Assembly: GCA_038245585.1 (NCBI GenBank)
Contig: JBBRSI010000001.1
Location: 766-64,765 of the forward strand
Origin: Chitinophagales bacterium
Lineage (GTDB): Bacteria; Bacteroidota; Bacteroidia; Chitinophagales; Chitinophagaceae
Direction of reading: 5' to 3'
Length of the DNA stretch: 64,000 nt
Shown: positions 19,170 through 27,270 of the stretch, piece by piece
How the letters are laid out: every line of letters starts with the position of its first letter
How positions within the stretch are numbered: position 1 is the stretch's first letter
Made by a program: the position numbers and the translations under genes
Notes under the pieces: model-generated
What the model was told of the DNA's origin: nothing
The model's input: the letters and a program-made list of their open reading frames with translations, nothing else
The model's database searches: none

Positions 19170-19430
19170 TGCTATGGGGCAATAAAAAACATAGCCCCAT
19201 CGGGCGTATTGGGATAAAATCAAAATTTGTTATGTAAATCAAAGCCCTATCAGGGCGACACTATTGTAGAATTAAAATTGAGAAAATAAATCAAAGCCCT
19301 GTATGGGCGACATTATTTACATTTACATTTGATCGCGATAATTATTTTGAATATTCAAAATGCCGCACCGATGGCGCTCAATCAATCAAACGTATAAATG
19401 CTACTACCAAAATGCCGGCCCGATGGGCCT
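19170..19430. repeat. Quasi-periodic (about 50-52 nt) series of small GC hairpins in an AT-rich spacer
   Basis: Four clear hairpins: GCCC-CATC-GGGC at 19194-19205, GCCCT-ATC-AGGGC at 19244-19256, GCCC-TGTAT-GGGC at 19296-19308 and GGCCC-GAT-GGGCC at 19417-19429. A weaker one lies at about 19362-19377. Two pairs share about 30-nt contexts: TAAATCAAAGCCCT...GGGCGACA(C/T)TATT and CAAAATGCCG. Confidence 0.7.
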
Positions 19431-19504
19431 GGCAAAACAGCCCTCTGATAATTTTTTTCAAAATGATTTACCACATTTTCAAATCATATTACACCACTTG
19501 CCTT

Positions 19505-20614
19505 TTACAAATAACTCAAATTCGTTTTAGGCGTCAGCGCCAGCAAACTCTCATACATTAATTGAATGGTAGTTTCAATATCTTTTCGATGAATCATTTC
19601 TACTGTTGTATGCATATAGCGCAACGGAATGGAAATTAAAACTGAAGGACAACCTTCATGCGCATACGCAAAACTATCTGTATCTGTACCGGTACTGCGG
19701 CTCAGTGCGCGCAACTGCACATCTATTTTATTTTTCTTCGCCACGTTTTGTACAAAATCCAATAGCTTATTATGCACGGCAGGCCCGTATGCGAGCGAAG
19801 GTCCTTTGCCGCAAGCGATATCACCTTCGATCATTTTATTGATCATGGGTGTTTGTGTATCATGTGTTACATCCGTAACGATCGCCACATCCGGTTTGAT
19901 GCGCCGGGCAATCATTTCTGCGCCGCGCAAACCGATCTCTTCCTGCACTGAATTCACGACATATAATGCATAAGGTAATTTCTTTTTATTTTCATGTAAC
20001 AATCGCGCCACTTCAGCGATCATAAAACCACCAATACGATTGTCAAATGCACGCCCGATATAAAAGTCATTCGCCAATGTATCAAAACCTTCTGCATACG
20101 TCACTACTGCGCCAATATGTACGCCGAGTTCTTCAATTTCTTTTTTATTGGAAGCACCGCAATCCAGGAAAAGGTTATCCACTTTTGGATGTGTTTCTTT
20201 TTCACCCTGGCCCATGCGTGTATGAATGGCCGGCCAGCCAAACACGGCTTTTACCGGGCCTTTTTTTCCATGAATGAGCACACGTTTCGCGGGCGCAATT
20301 TGATGATCCACGCCGCCATTTCTTTTTAAATAAATCAGCCCTTTATCCGTGATATAATTTACAAACCAACTGATCTCATCCGCATGTGCTTCTATCACCA
20401 CTTTAAATGGCGCATCGGGATTAATGATACCAACAGCCGTACCATATGGATCTACGAATTTTGTGTCAATATAAGGTTGCAAATATTCCAGCCAGATTTT
20501 TTGACCACTGCTCTCAAACCCAACAGGAGAGGGGTTATTGATATAATTTTTTAAAAATTCCATGGACGTATCCGTAAGGATATGCTTCTTCGTTTGCTTT
20601 TTAGCTTTTGCCAT
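19505..20614 (-). CDS. M42-family metallo-aminopeptidase (FrvX/glutamyl aminopeptidase-like)
   Basis: 369 aa with the M42 layout. Conserved blocks are VIEAHADEISW, FDNRIGG and VQEEIGLRGA. Confidence 0.85.
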   Translation of the reverse strand: MAKAKKQTKKHILTDTSMEFLKNYINNPSPVGFESSGQKIWLEYLQPYIDTKFVDPYGTAVGIINPDAPFKVVIEAHADEISWFVNYITDKGLIYLKRNGGVDHQIAPAKRVLIHGKKGPVKAVFGWPAIHTRMGQGEKETHPKVDNLFLDCGASNKKEIEELGVHIGAVVTYAEGFDTLANDFYIGRAFDNRIGGFMIAEVARLLHENKKKLPYALYVVNSVQEEIGLRGAEMIARRIKPDVAIVTDVTHDTQTPMINKMIEGDIACGKGPSLAYGPAVHNKLLDFVQNVAKKNKIDVQLRALSRSTGTDTDSFAYAHEGCPSVLISIPLRYMHTTVEMIHRKDIETTIQLMYESLLALTPKTNLSYL

Positions 20615-20661
20615 CTTTATTGTTTTAAATTAAATGAATTGCTGTATGCAAGATAAAGGAT

Positions 20662-21579
20662 TTATTTAGGTGTCAGCAGGATGCCGGCAATTCCGCATGC
20701 AGCTTTTAACACCATCAAACCATCAATAATGGTCAGGTAAAATAAGATACTTCTTTTTTTCTGCATGGACCAGGCCACAACGATCAGTAATATAAATGGA
20801 ATGCAATTGATCAATATGCGGACAGGATGATAATGTCTTAATAAAGCGAATGCCATAAAAGAAATAAAACCTAATATCGTGAGCGGTATTATGATATAAA
20901 AAATAGTTTTTTTCAAACCGATTCGAACGACAAAAGTTTTTAATTTCCTGTTATGATCCGCGAGGTAATCTTTGATGTCAAATAAAATCGCCAGCAGGCT
21001 GATATACATAAAATTTTTACCCAAAAACCAAAGATTGAACCAGGAAAATTCATACCGCATCCCATGAGAAACTTCATACCATAAAATAGGCACATAAGAA
21101 ACCGCCGTTGCCCATACAAGCCCGATGATAAAGGGTTTTATCCAACCGGTATCACGCACATTGATGCGAATATTTTTTCCCAAAGAAATGCCATAATACA
21201 ACATGGCAATAATTCCAACAACCGCTACAGGAATTAATTGCAGGAAAGAAATGAAATGCAGGTTTTGAAAATATTTTATCAGCAAATAAGTGCCTGCAAT
21301 AGTGCAAAGAAAAATGTAAGTGAATTGTAATCTTAAAATCCATTTCCTGTTAGCAGCATACCAATGTGTACGTTCATTATCATAAGGCGCATGCACTTCG
21401 CCGAGGTAGGCCATATTATAATAAATGATGGTACCTAAATAAACCAGGAAATAAAATAAAAATGAATTTAATGAGAAGCCCTGCTGCATATTCGCCTCAA
21501 TACACAAACTGACGGTGCAAACGCCATAAAAATAATTGCCATAAAAAATGGAAGGGATGATCCCTTTTTGCGAACCCAT
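20662..21579 (-). CDS. Polytopic membrane protein, possibly a divergent UbiA-type prenyltransferase
   Basis: 305 aa with about 8-9 TM segments. FDIKDYLADHNRKLKTFVV resembles the second Asp-rich UbiA motif. I could not find a convincing first NDxxDxxxD motif. Confidence 0.45.
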   Translation of the reverse strand: MGSQKGIIPSIFYGNYFYGVCTVSLCIEANMQQGFSLNSFLFYFLVYLGTIIYYNMAYLGEVHAPYDNERTHWYAANRKWILRLQFTYIFLCTIAGTYLLIKYFQNLHFISFLQLIPVAVVGIIAMLYYGISLGKNIRINVRDTGWIKPFIIGLVWATAVSYVPILWYEVSHGMRYEFSWFNLWFLGKNFMYISLLAILFDIKDYLADHNRKLKTFVVRIGLKKTIFYIIIPLTILGFISFMAFALLRHYHPVRILINCIPFILLIVVAWSMQKKRSILFYLTIIDGLMVLKAACGIAGILLTPK

Positions 21580-22025
21580 TATTTTAAAATAACAAAAGGT
21601 GGAGTAGTAACGGTATCGCTTTTGTTTTTCATTTTATCACTCAATACAAAACGCAATACACATGTGTCATTTTCCAAACATACTGGTCCTTTGATTTCGG
21701 GTATCGCCTGGCTGGTAAGATAGCCATAAGTCACTAAAATCTCGCCTTCGGAATTTTGTTGCGTGGGCACCTGGTCGGAAATTTTGTAGTAGGCATCAAA
21801 GTTACTTTGTTCACAGTTTTGCGTTAATTTCTGCACGAACAAACTATCCTGTATATCTCCCTCTTTATCAGTGTATTTCAGCGTGATAGTGATGGTATTT
21901 CCCGGCGCCAACACTTCAGTACTTAAAGATTCAAAACTGAGTTGCGGGCTGGTGGAAAACTGGTTTTTCTTACAACCACATATAATTAAGGTAAAACCGC
22001 AGAGTATTAATATTTTTGTTCTCAT
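21579..22025 (-). CDS. Hypothetical lipoprotein, translationally coupled to the downstream membrane protein
   Basis: Lipobox LIICGC. Its stop overlaps the next start as TAATG at 21577-21581 on the minus strand. Confidence 0.6.
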   Translation of the reverse strand: MRTKILILCGFTLIICGCKKNQFSTSPQLSFESLSTEVLAPGNTITITLKYTDKEGDIQDSLFVQKLTQNCEQSNFDAYYKISDQVPTQQNSEGEILVTYGYLTSQAIPEIKGPVCLENDTCVLRFVLSDKMKNKSDTVTTPPFVILK

Positions 22026-22069
22026 GATTTTGTTTTCAATTCAAATTTACTTAAAAGTACCCAACACTT

Positions 22070-23044
22070 ATGCAAGACGGAAAAATAATAGAAAATATTT
22101 TTTCCGGTGCACTATCATTCAACGATAACGCGCTGAAAATATTTCAACTGCAAAGCCGTGAAAATGGAATTTACCATAATTGGTGCAGGCAAATGGGCAT
22201 CATTGTTTCCGAAGTTTACCGCAAAGATCAAATTCCTTTCCTGCCTGTTTCATTTTTCAGGACCCATGTGATCACAACCGGAAATTTTAATCCAGAAACT
22301 GTTTTTCAAAGTAGCGGAACAACGGAACAAACCCGTAGCAGCCACTATATTAAAGATACGGCGATTTACAGGAAAAGTTTTCTTACCTGTTTTCAACAAT
22401 TTTATGGTGCAATTAAAAATTATTGCGTACTGGCATTACTGCCTTCCTATAGTCCCGGTTCTTCACTGGTGATGATGGCAGAGGAATTGATTCGTTTATC
22501 AGGCCACGTTTGCAGCGGCTTTTATGCAGGTGAAGAAGATAAATTATATTCCATTTTACAACAAATGGAAGCAGCTGGTCAAGAAACAATCTTACTCGGA
22601 GTGAGCTTTGCCTTATTGGATTTTGCAGAAAAATTTCCCATGACTTTAACGCATACGATCGTGATGGAAACGGGTGGGATGAAAGGCCGGAAAAAAGAAA
22701 TTACCCGCCAGGAATTGCATAATATTTTGAAAGCAAAATTTAATTTAAATCAAATCCATTCAGAATACGGCATGACCGAATTATTAAGCCAGGCTTATTC
22801 AAAAAAGGATGGGCGCTTTTATTGCCCGCCCTGGATGAAAGTATTGGTGCGCAATGAAAACGATCCATTATTGGTTTCTGTTGTGGGTAAAGGATTATTA
22901 AATATTATTGACCTCGCTAATATCAATAGCTGTGCATTTATTGCAACGGATGATGCCGGTGAAGTATACGAAGATGGAAGCTTTGAAGTGAATGGGCGGC
23001 TGGATGCAAGTGATTTGCGTGGTTGCAGTTTATTAATGGCCTGA
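22070..23044 (+). CDS. LuxE-like acyl-protein synthetase / adenylate-forming acyltransferase family protein
   Basis: 324 aa. The overall resemblance is to Bacteroidota proteins annotated LuxE/PaaK-like (SSGTT...S near residue 90, ETGGMKGR). Assigned from memory of the family, not a search. Confidence 0.5.
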   Translation: MQDGKIIENIFSGALSFNDNALKIFQLQSRENGIYHNWCRQMGIIVSEVYRKDQIPFLPVSFFRTHVITTGNFNPETVFQSSGTTEQTRSSHYIKDTAIYRKSFLTCFQQFYGAIKNYCVLALLPSYSPGSSLVMMAEELIRLSGHVCSGFYAGEEDKLYSILQQMEAAGQETILLGVSFALLDFAEKFPMTLTHTIVMETGGMKGRKKEITRQELHNILKAKFNLNQIHSEYGMTELLSQAYSKKDGRFYCPPWMKVLVRNENDPLLVSVVGKGLLNIIDLANINSCAFIATDDAGEVYEDGSFEVNGRLDASDLRGCSLLMA

Positions 23045-23107
23045 TTTAATTTTTTTTATAAAGAAATTTTAAACTGAAAAGATTTTTCAAAAAATAAATG
23101 CAAGTTC

Positions 23108-23115
23108 TATATTTG
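23108..23115 (+). promoter_or_regulatory. Bacteroidota-type -7 promoter box TATATTTG (TAnnTTTG) for tRNA-Leu
   Basis: Perfect match to the TAnnTTTG consensus, ending 9 nt before the first tRNA nucleotide. Confidence 0.55.
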
Positions 23116-23124
23116 CACCCCCCT

Positions 23125-23208
23125 GCCCGGGTGGCGAAATTGGTAGACGCACTGTGTTCAGGTCGCAGCGTTCGCAAGGATGTGCTGGTTCGAATCCAGT
23201 CCCGGGCA
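23125..23208 (+). tRNA. tRNA-Leu (anticodon CAG), class II with long variable arm
   Basis: Manual fold. Acceptor stem is GCCCGGG/CCCGGGC, the anticodon loop TTCAGGT carries CAG, the T-arm is GGTTCGAATCC, and a long variable arm is present. No encoded CCA. Confidence 0.9.
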
Positions 23209-23216
23209 CTAAAGTG

Positions 23217-23256
23217 GACAAATCGAAATTTGACTCGGTTTGTCTATTTTTATTTT
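23217..23256 (+). terminator. Possible terminator after tRNA-Leu
   Basis: GACAAA (23217-23222) pairs with TTTGTC (23239-23244) and is followed by TATTTTTATTTT. The stem is short and the loop large, so this is weak. Confidence 0.3.
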
Positions 23257-23272
23257 CGCTATGTCAGATGTC

Positions 23273-24142
23273 TTACCTTTTTTGTTTTTCGAAAAACTGT
23301 GTTGGAGGCATTCCGTTAACTTTTTTGAAGACTCTGTTGAAAGAAGTAACATTCTTAAACCCTGTATCGTAAGCTACGGACGACATACTTTTAAATTTCC
23401 CTTCCGATATTTTATTGCATGCTTCACTTATTCGTATTTCGTTGAGAAAACTGATATATGTTTTACTGGTTTGTTTTTTAAAATACCTGCAAAAGGCCGG
23501 CACAGTAAGATGAGCCACTTCGGCAATTTGCCGCAGGCTGATGTTTTCAGAATAATTTGCAATGCTGTATTGATATATATCATTCATCCTGAATCCTTCT
23601 GAATCAGATATTGAAAAACCGGGCGTCGTAGTTGAAAGTAGCTTCCATTTTCTGATATGAGCCATATTGTGTAAAAGCCTGATGAAATCTGACAGTAATA
23701 ATCCTGTTCTTTTTTGCATTAATTGCATTATTTCATCTGCTAAACTATTTATTTCATGCTTAGGAGCTTTTAATCCCCAGATCGTTTTATCCAAAAAATG
23801 TTTTATTTCTTTCATTTCCGGTACGGAAAGAATATTTCCAAAAGATTCTTTCGGATCGAAAAACAGGCTGATAGAGTGTATGTTATTTTTACTTTTTTTA
23901 ATAAAATAAGATGAATCACTTTTAAAAATATGTGGTTGCTCTGAACCAATAATATAAATATCGCCGGCCTTAAATCTTTGCATATAATTTCCAACAACAA
24001 GTGTGCCTTCACCTTTAATGATCAATGCTATTTGTATCTCCTTGTGACAATGGAGGTAATTATAAAAGAAAGGGAGCTTGTCTTCCTGGATAATAACGGA
24101 GTTATCTGAGGTTTTAGGAATCGTAAATTGAATTACTTTCAT
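23273..24142 (-). CDS. AraC-family transcriptional regulator (N-terminal cupin + C-terminal HTH_18)
   Basis: 289 aa. The C-terminal region ISLRQIAEVAHLTVPAFCRYFKKQTSKTYISFLNEIRISEACNKI is the typical AraC dual HTH. It is divergent from the DapA-like gene. Confidence 0.88.
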   Translation of the reverse strand: MKVIQFTIPKTSDNSVIIQEDKLPFFYNYLHCHKEIQIALIIKGEGTLVVGNYMQRFKAGDIYIIGSEQPHIFKSDSSYFIKKSKNNIHSISLFFDPKESFGNILSVPEMKEIKHFLDKTIWGLKAPKHEINSLADEIMQLMQKRTGLLLSDFIRLLHNMAHIRKWKLLSTTTPGFSISDSEGFRMNDIYQYSIANYSENISLRQIAEVAHLTVPAFCRYFKKQTSKTYISFLNEIRISEACNKISEGKFKSMSSVAYDTGFKNVTSFNRVFKKVNGMPPTQFFEKQKR

Positions 24143-24260
24143 TAGGCAAATATTATCAATTAATTTATATTATTTTATCAATTTAGGGTAATATTGGTAA
24201 ATATTATATTAATAATTTGAATAAGTCAGAAAAGATATCTGTTTAATTTTGAAAAAAAAT

Positions 24261-25181
24261 ATGGAAATCTCCTGGACTGGAATTTATCCTGCACTCACAA
24301 CAAAGTTTACCGCGGATGATAAACTTGATTTGCCATTGTTTGAAAAAAACCTCGATGTCCAAATCGCTGCCGGTATAGAAGGTATTATATTAGGAGGAAC
24401 CCTTGGAGAATCAAGCGTTCTTTCAACGGATGAAAAAGAAGAATTGGTAAAGACCTCCCTTAAAAAAGCTGGCGGCAAAATACCGGTAATTTTAAATATT
24501 GCTGAAGGCAGTACCCGGGAAGCATTGCAGCAAGTTGAATATGCAAAAACCTGGGGCGCACAAGGTTTAATGGTGTTACCACCAATGCGCTACAAAAGTG
24601 ATCATAGGGAAACGGTGCAATGGTATAAGACTATTGCAAATGCGACAGATATGCCGATAATAGTTTACAATAATCCAGTTGATTATAAAACGCTTATCAC
24701 ATTAGATATGTTTGATGAAATGAGAGAATGTAAAAATATTCAGGCAGTGAAGGAATCTACGAGAGATGTTACTAATGTAACCCGTATGCGAAATCGCTTT
24801 GGTGACCGCTATAAAATTTTATGTGGTGTTGATACATTGGCAATGGAAGAACTTTGTCTTGGTGCAGATGGTTGGGTTGCCGGCCTTGTTTGTGCATTCC
24901 CCAGAGAAACTGTAGCAATATACCGGTTGGTAAAAGCCGGAAGAATTGTCGAAGCCACAAAAATTTATCGTTGGTTTATGCCATTACTTGAGTTAGATAT
25001 TCATGCAAAATTAGTGCAATACATTAAGCTGGCCGAAGAACAGGAAGGTATTGGAAGTGAGGCCGTACGGGCGCCAAGGTTGATTCTGGAAGGAGATGAA
25101 AGAGAAGCAATTTTAAAAATAATTAATGATGGAATTGTTTCAAGGCATCAGCTTCCTGATTATTTGTCCATAAAAATATGA
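24261..25181 (+). CDS. DHDPS/NAL-family (DapA-like) lyase/dehydratase
   Basis: GGTLGESSVLSTDEK block and Schiff-base lysine context IQAVKEST. The ATG at 24261 is preferred over the tracked TTG at 24249. Substrate cannot be assigned from sequence alone. Confidence 0.8.
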   Translation: MEISWTGIYPALTTKFTADDKLDLPLFEKNLDVQIAAGIEGIILGGTLGESSVLSTDEKEELVKTSLKKAGGKIPVILNIAEGSTREALQQVEYAKTWGAQGLMVLPPMRYKSDHRETVQWYKTIANATDMPIIVYNNPVDYKTLITLDMFDEMRECKNIQAVKESTRDVTNVTRMRNRFGDRYKILCGVDTLAMEELCLGADGWVAGLVCAFPRETVAIYRLVKAGRIVEATKIYRWFMPLLELDIHAKLVQYIKLAEEQEGIGSEAVRAPRLILEGDEREAILKIINDGIVSRHQLPDYLSIKI

Positions 25182-25306
25182 TAAGGCAATAAGAATTTTT
25201 TTTAAATAATATCATTTTAAATAAACTGCTTGTAACAAGGTTATAAAAATATTTCGTGTTAGTTGATTCACTTAATATATTGTTAGGGCTGAAAAAAAAT
25301 ACTTAA

Positions 25307-26791
25307 ATGGTTACAGATGCTACTTCGGAAGAAATAAATAATGCTTTGACAAATGCCTGGAAGGCGTTTCACCAATACAGAAAAATGCCGTTGAAAAAAC
25401 GGGCAGATTTTATGCGTGCGATTGGTGTAGAATTGAAAGGCCTGGAAAATAATCTGGTTGACATAGCAATGAAAGAATCTAATTTGCCTGAGGGAAGATT
25501 AAGAGGTGAACTGAGCAGAACTATTCTTCAATTGAATCAATATGGAACAGCTACAGAAAATGGGAAATGGATAGAAGCAAGAATTGATACAACAATCCCT
25601 GGCAAACAACCCGCTAATCCCGACATTCGTAAAATGATGATTCCGCTTGGGCCTGTAGTTGTATTTGGTGCAAGCAATTTTCCTTTCGCCTTTTCTACAG
25701 CGGGTGGAGATACTGCCTGTGCTTTTGCTGCCGGTTGCCCGGTAATTGTAAAAGCGCATCCTGCACATGCACAAACTTCTCAAAAAATAGCTGAAGCAAT
25801 TTTAAATGTAGCAGGCAAACTAAATATGCCTGAAGGAATTTTTGCTCATATTCACGGGGTTGAAATAGAAGTTGGTAAAGCTTTGGTGATGCATAAACAT
25901 ACAAAAGCTGTTAGTTTTACCGGCTCACTAAAAGGTGGAAAACAATTGTTCGATTGGGGCAATCAACGGGCGGTTCCAATCCCTGTTTTTGCTGAGATGG
26001 GTAGTATTAATCCTGTGTTTTTATTATCCGAAAAATTGAAGAATTCTTCAGCTGAAATTGCAACAACTTATGCCGGATCTATTACACAGGGTGTTGGCCA
26101 ATTTTGTACCAATCCCGGATTAATAATAGGGGTGGAAGGCGATGATCTGCAAAATTTTATTGCAGTGCTGGGTATTGAAATTGAAAAAATAGCACCTGCC
26201 AAAATGTTACATGCGGGCATCACAAAATCTTTCTATGAAAACAGGGCAAAGGCATTAAAACAAAATAATGTAACGACGGTTTATGTCTCAGATATTCCTG
26301 AAAATGAATTTGAAGTAACGCCAACTATTGCAAGCGCAGCCGGGAAAGATTTTCTAAATAATCCGGTATTGCACCAGGAAGTTTTTGGACCTTATTCCTT
26401 AGTCATCTGTTGTAAAGACATGGCGGAGTTGATTGAAGTTGCCAAACATCTTGAAGGGCAACTTACTGCCACCTTAATGGCAACAGAAAATGATATTATC
26501 ACTAATGAAGAATTGGTAGAATCAATAAAAAATATTTGTGGCAGATTTCTTTTAAACGGAGTGCCAACAGGTGTAGAGGTTTGTCTTAGCATGCATCATG
26601 GTGGACCATTTCCTGCTACAACAGATTCCAGGTTTACATCAGTTGGTGCAGATGGTATTAAACGTTTTGTAAGACCGTTGGCTTTTCAAAACTGGGACAA
26701 TAAGTTATTGCCGGATGAATTAAAAAATGAGAATCCTTTGCATATCTGGAGGACTGTGAATAATGAATTAACGAAGGATGCAATTCAGTAA
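25307..26791 (+). CDS. NAD(P)+ aldehyde dehydrogenase of the alpha-ketoglutarate-semialdehyde dehydrogenase type, apparently lacking the usual N-terminal ~30 residues
   Basis: Catalytic Cys context GVGQFCTNPG and general-base context FAEMGSINPV. The ORF starts at MVTDATSEEINNAL, which corresponds to a position about 30-35 residues into typical family members. An in-frame TAA lies immediately upstream (25304-25306). Confidence 0.75.
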   Translation: MVTDATSEEINNALTNAWKAFHQYRKMPLKKRADFMRAIGVELKGLENNLVDIAMKESNLPEGRLRGELSRTILQLNQYGTATENGKWIEARIDTTIPGKQPANPDIRKMMIPLGPVVVFGASNFPFAFSTAGGDTACAFAAGCPVIVKAHPAHAQTSQKIAEAILNVAGKLNMPEGIFAHIHGVEIEVGKALVMHKHTKAVSFTGSLKGGKQLFDWGNQRAVPIPVFAEMGSINPVFLLSEKLKNSSAEIATTYAGSITQGVGQFCTNPGLIIGVEGDDLQNFIAVLGIEIEKIAPAKMLHAGITKSFYENRAKALKQNNVTTVYVSDIPENEFEVTPTIASAAGKDFLNNPVLHQEVFGPYSLVICCKDMAELIEVAKHLEGQLTATLMATENDIITNEELVESIKNICGRFLLNGVPTGVEVCLSMHHGGPFPATTDSRFTSVGADGIKRFVRPLAFQNWDNKLLPDELKNENPLHIWRTVNNELTKDAIQ

Positions 26792-26846
26792 TATTATTAT
26801 GTAGCATTATTCTAAATTTTTTAACGCTATGGCTTATCACAGGTAA

Positions 26847-27170
26847 AAAAAATTAAAAATATATGGAGAATCAATCTATAGTACACGACCATGGATCATT
26901 TATGGCGATGGTGCTGAGCATGCATCTCAGCGTATACCGTATACAAGAAGTAAAAATGATAAAACAATCTATGTAATTGTATTAAATAATCTGAGCAAAG
27001 AATAAAATGTTATCAGCTTAAAATCTTTTGCAAAACGTAAACAAAATATTAAATCTATTGACATTATAAACCCTGCAGTAAAGACAAACTGGAAATGGAA
27101 TAACGGGAAGCTTGAAATAGATATGCCTGGCGTTAACTTTAAAAATGATGGTGTAAAAGCAAATGCTTAA
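26847..27170 (+). pseudogene. C-terminal remnant of a GH29 alpha-L-fucosidase with an internal in-frame stop
   Basis: Translation from 26862 gives YGESIYSTRPWIIYGDGAEHASQRIPYTRSKNDKTIYVIVLNNLSKE, then TAA (27003-27005). It continues in the same frame as NVISLKSFAKRKQNIKSIDIINPAVKTNWKWNNGKLEIDMPGVNFKNDGVKANA*. This matches the conserved GH29 C-terminal pattern (GExIYGTRPW ... F/YT.K ... LYAI.L.WP ... I.S. ... L.W......L.I..P). No catalytic domain lies upstream. Confidence 0.7.
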
Positions 27171-27270
27171 AGAATACATTTAAATGATAATATTTTAAAA
27201 TTTTATTTGTCAACAGGACTTTATAACAACAGAATAAATTAAATACAAGAACAACTCATAATTTAATAAG

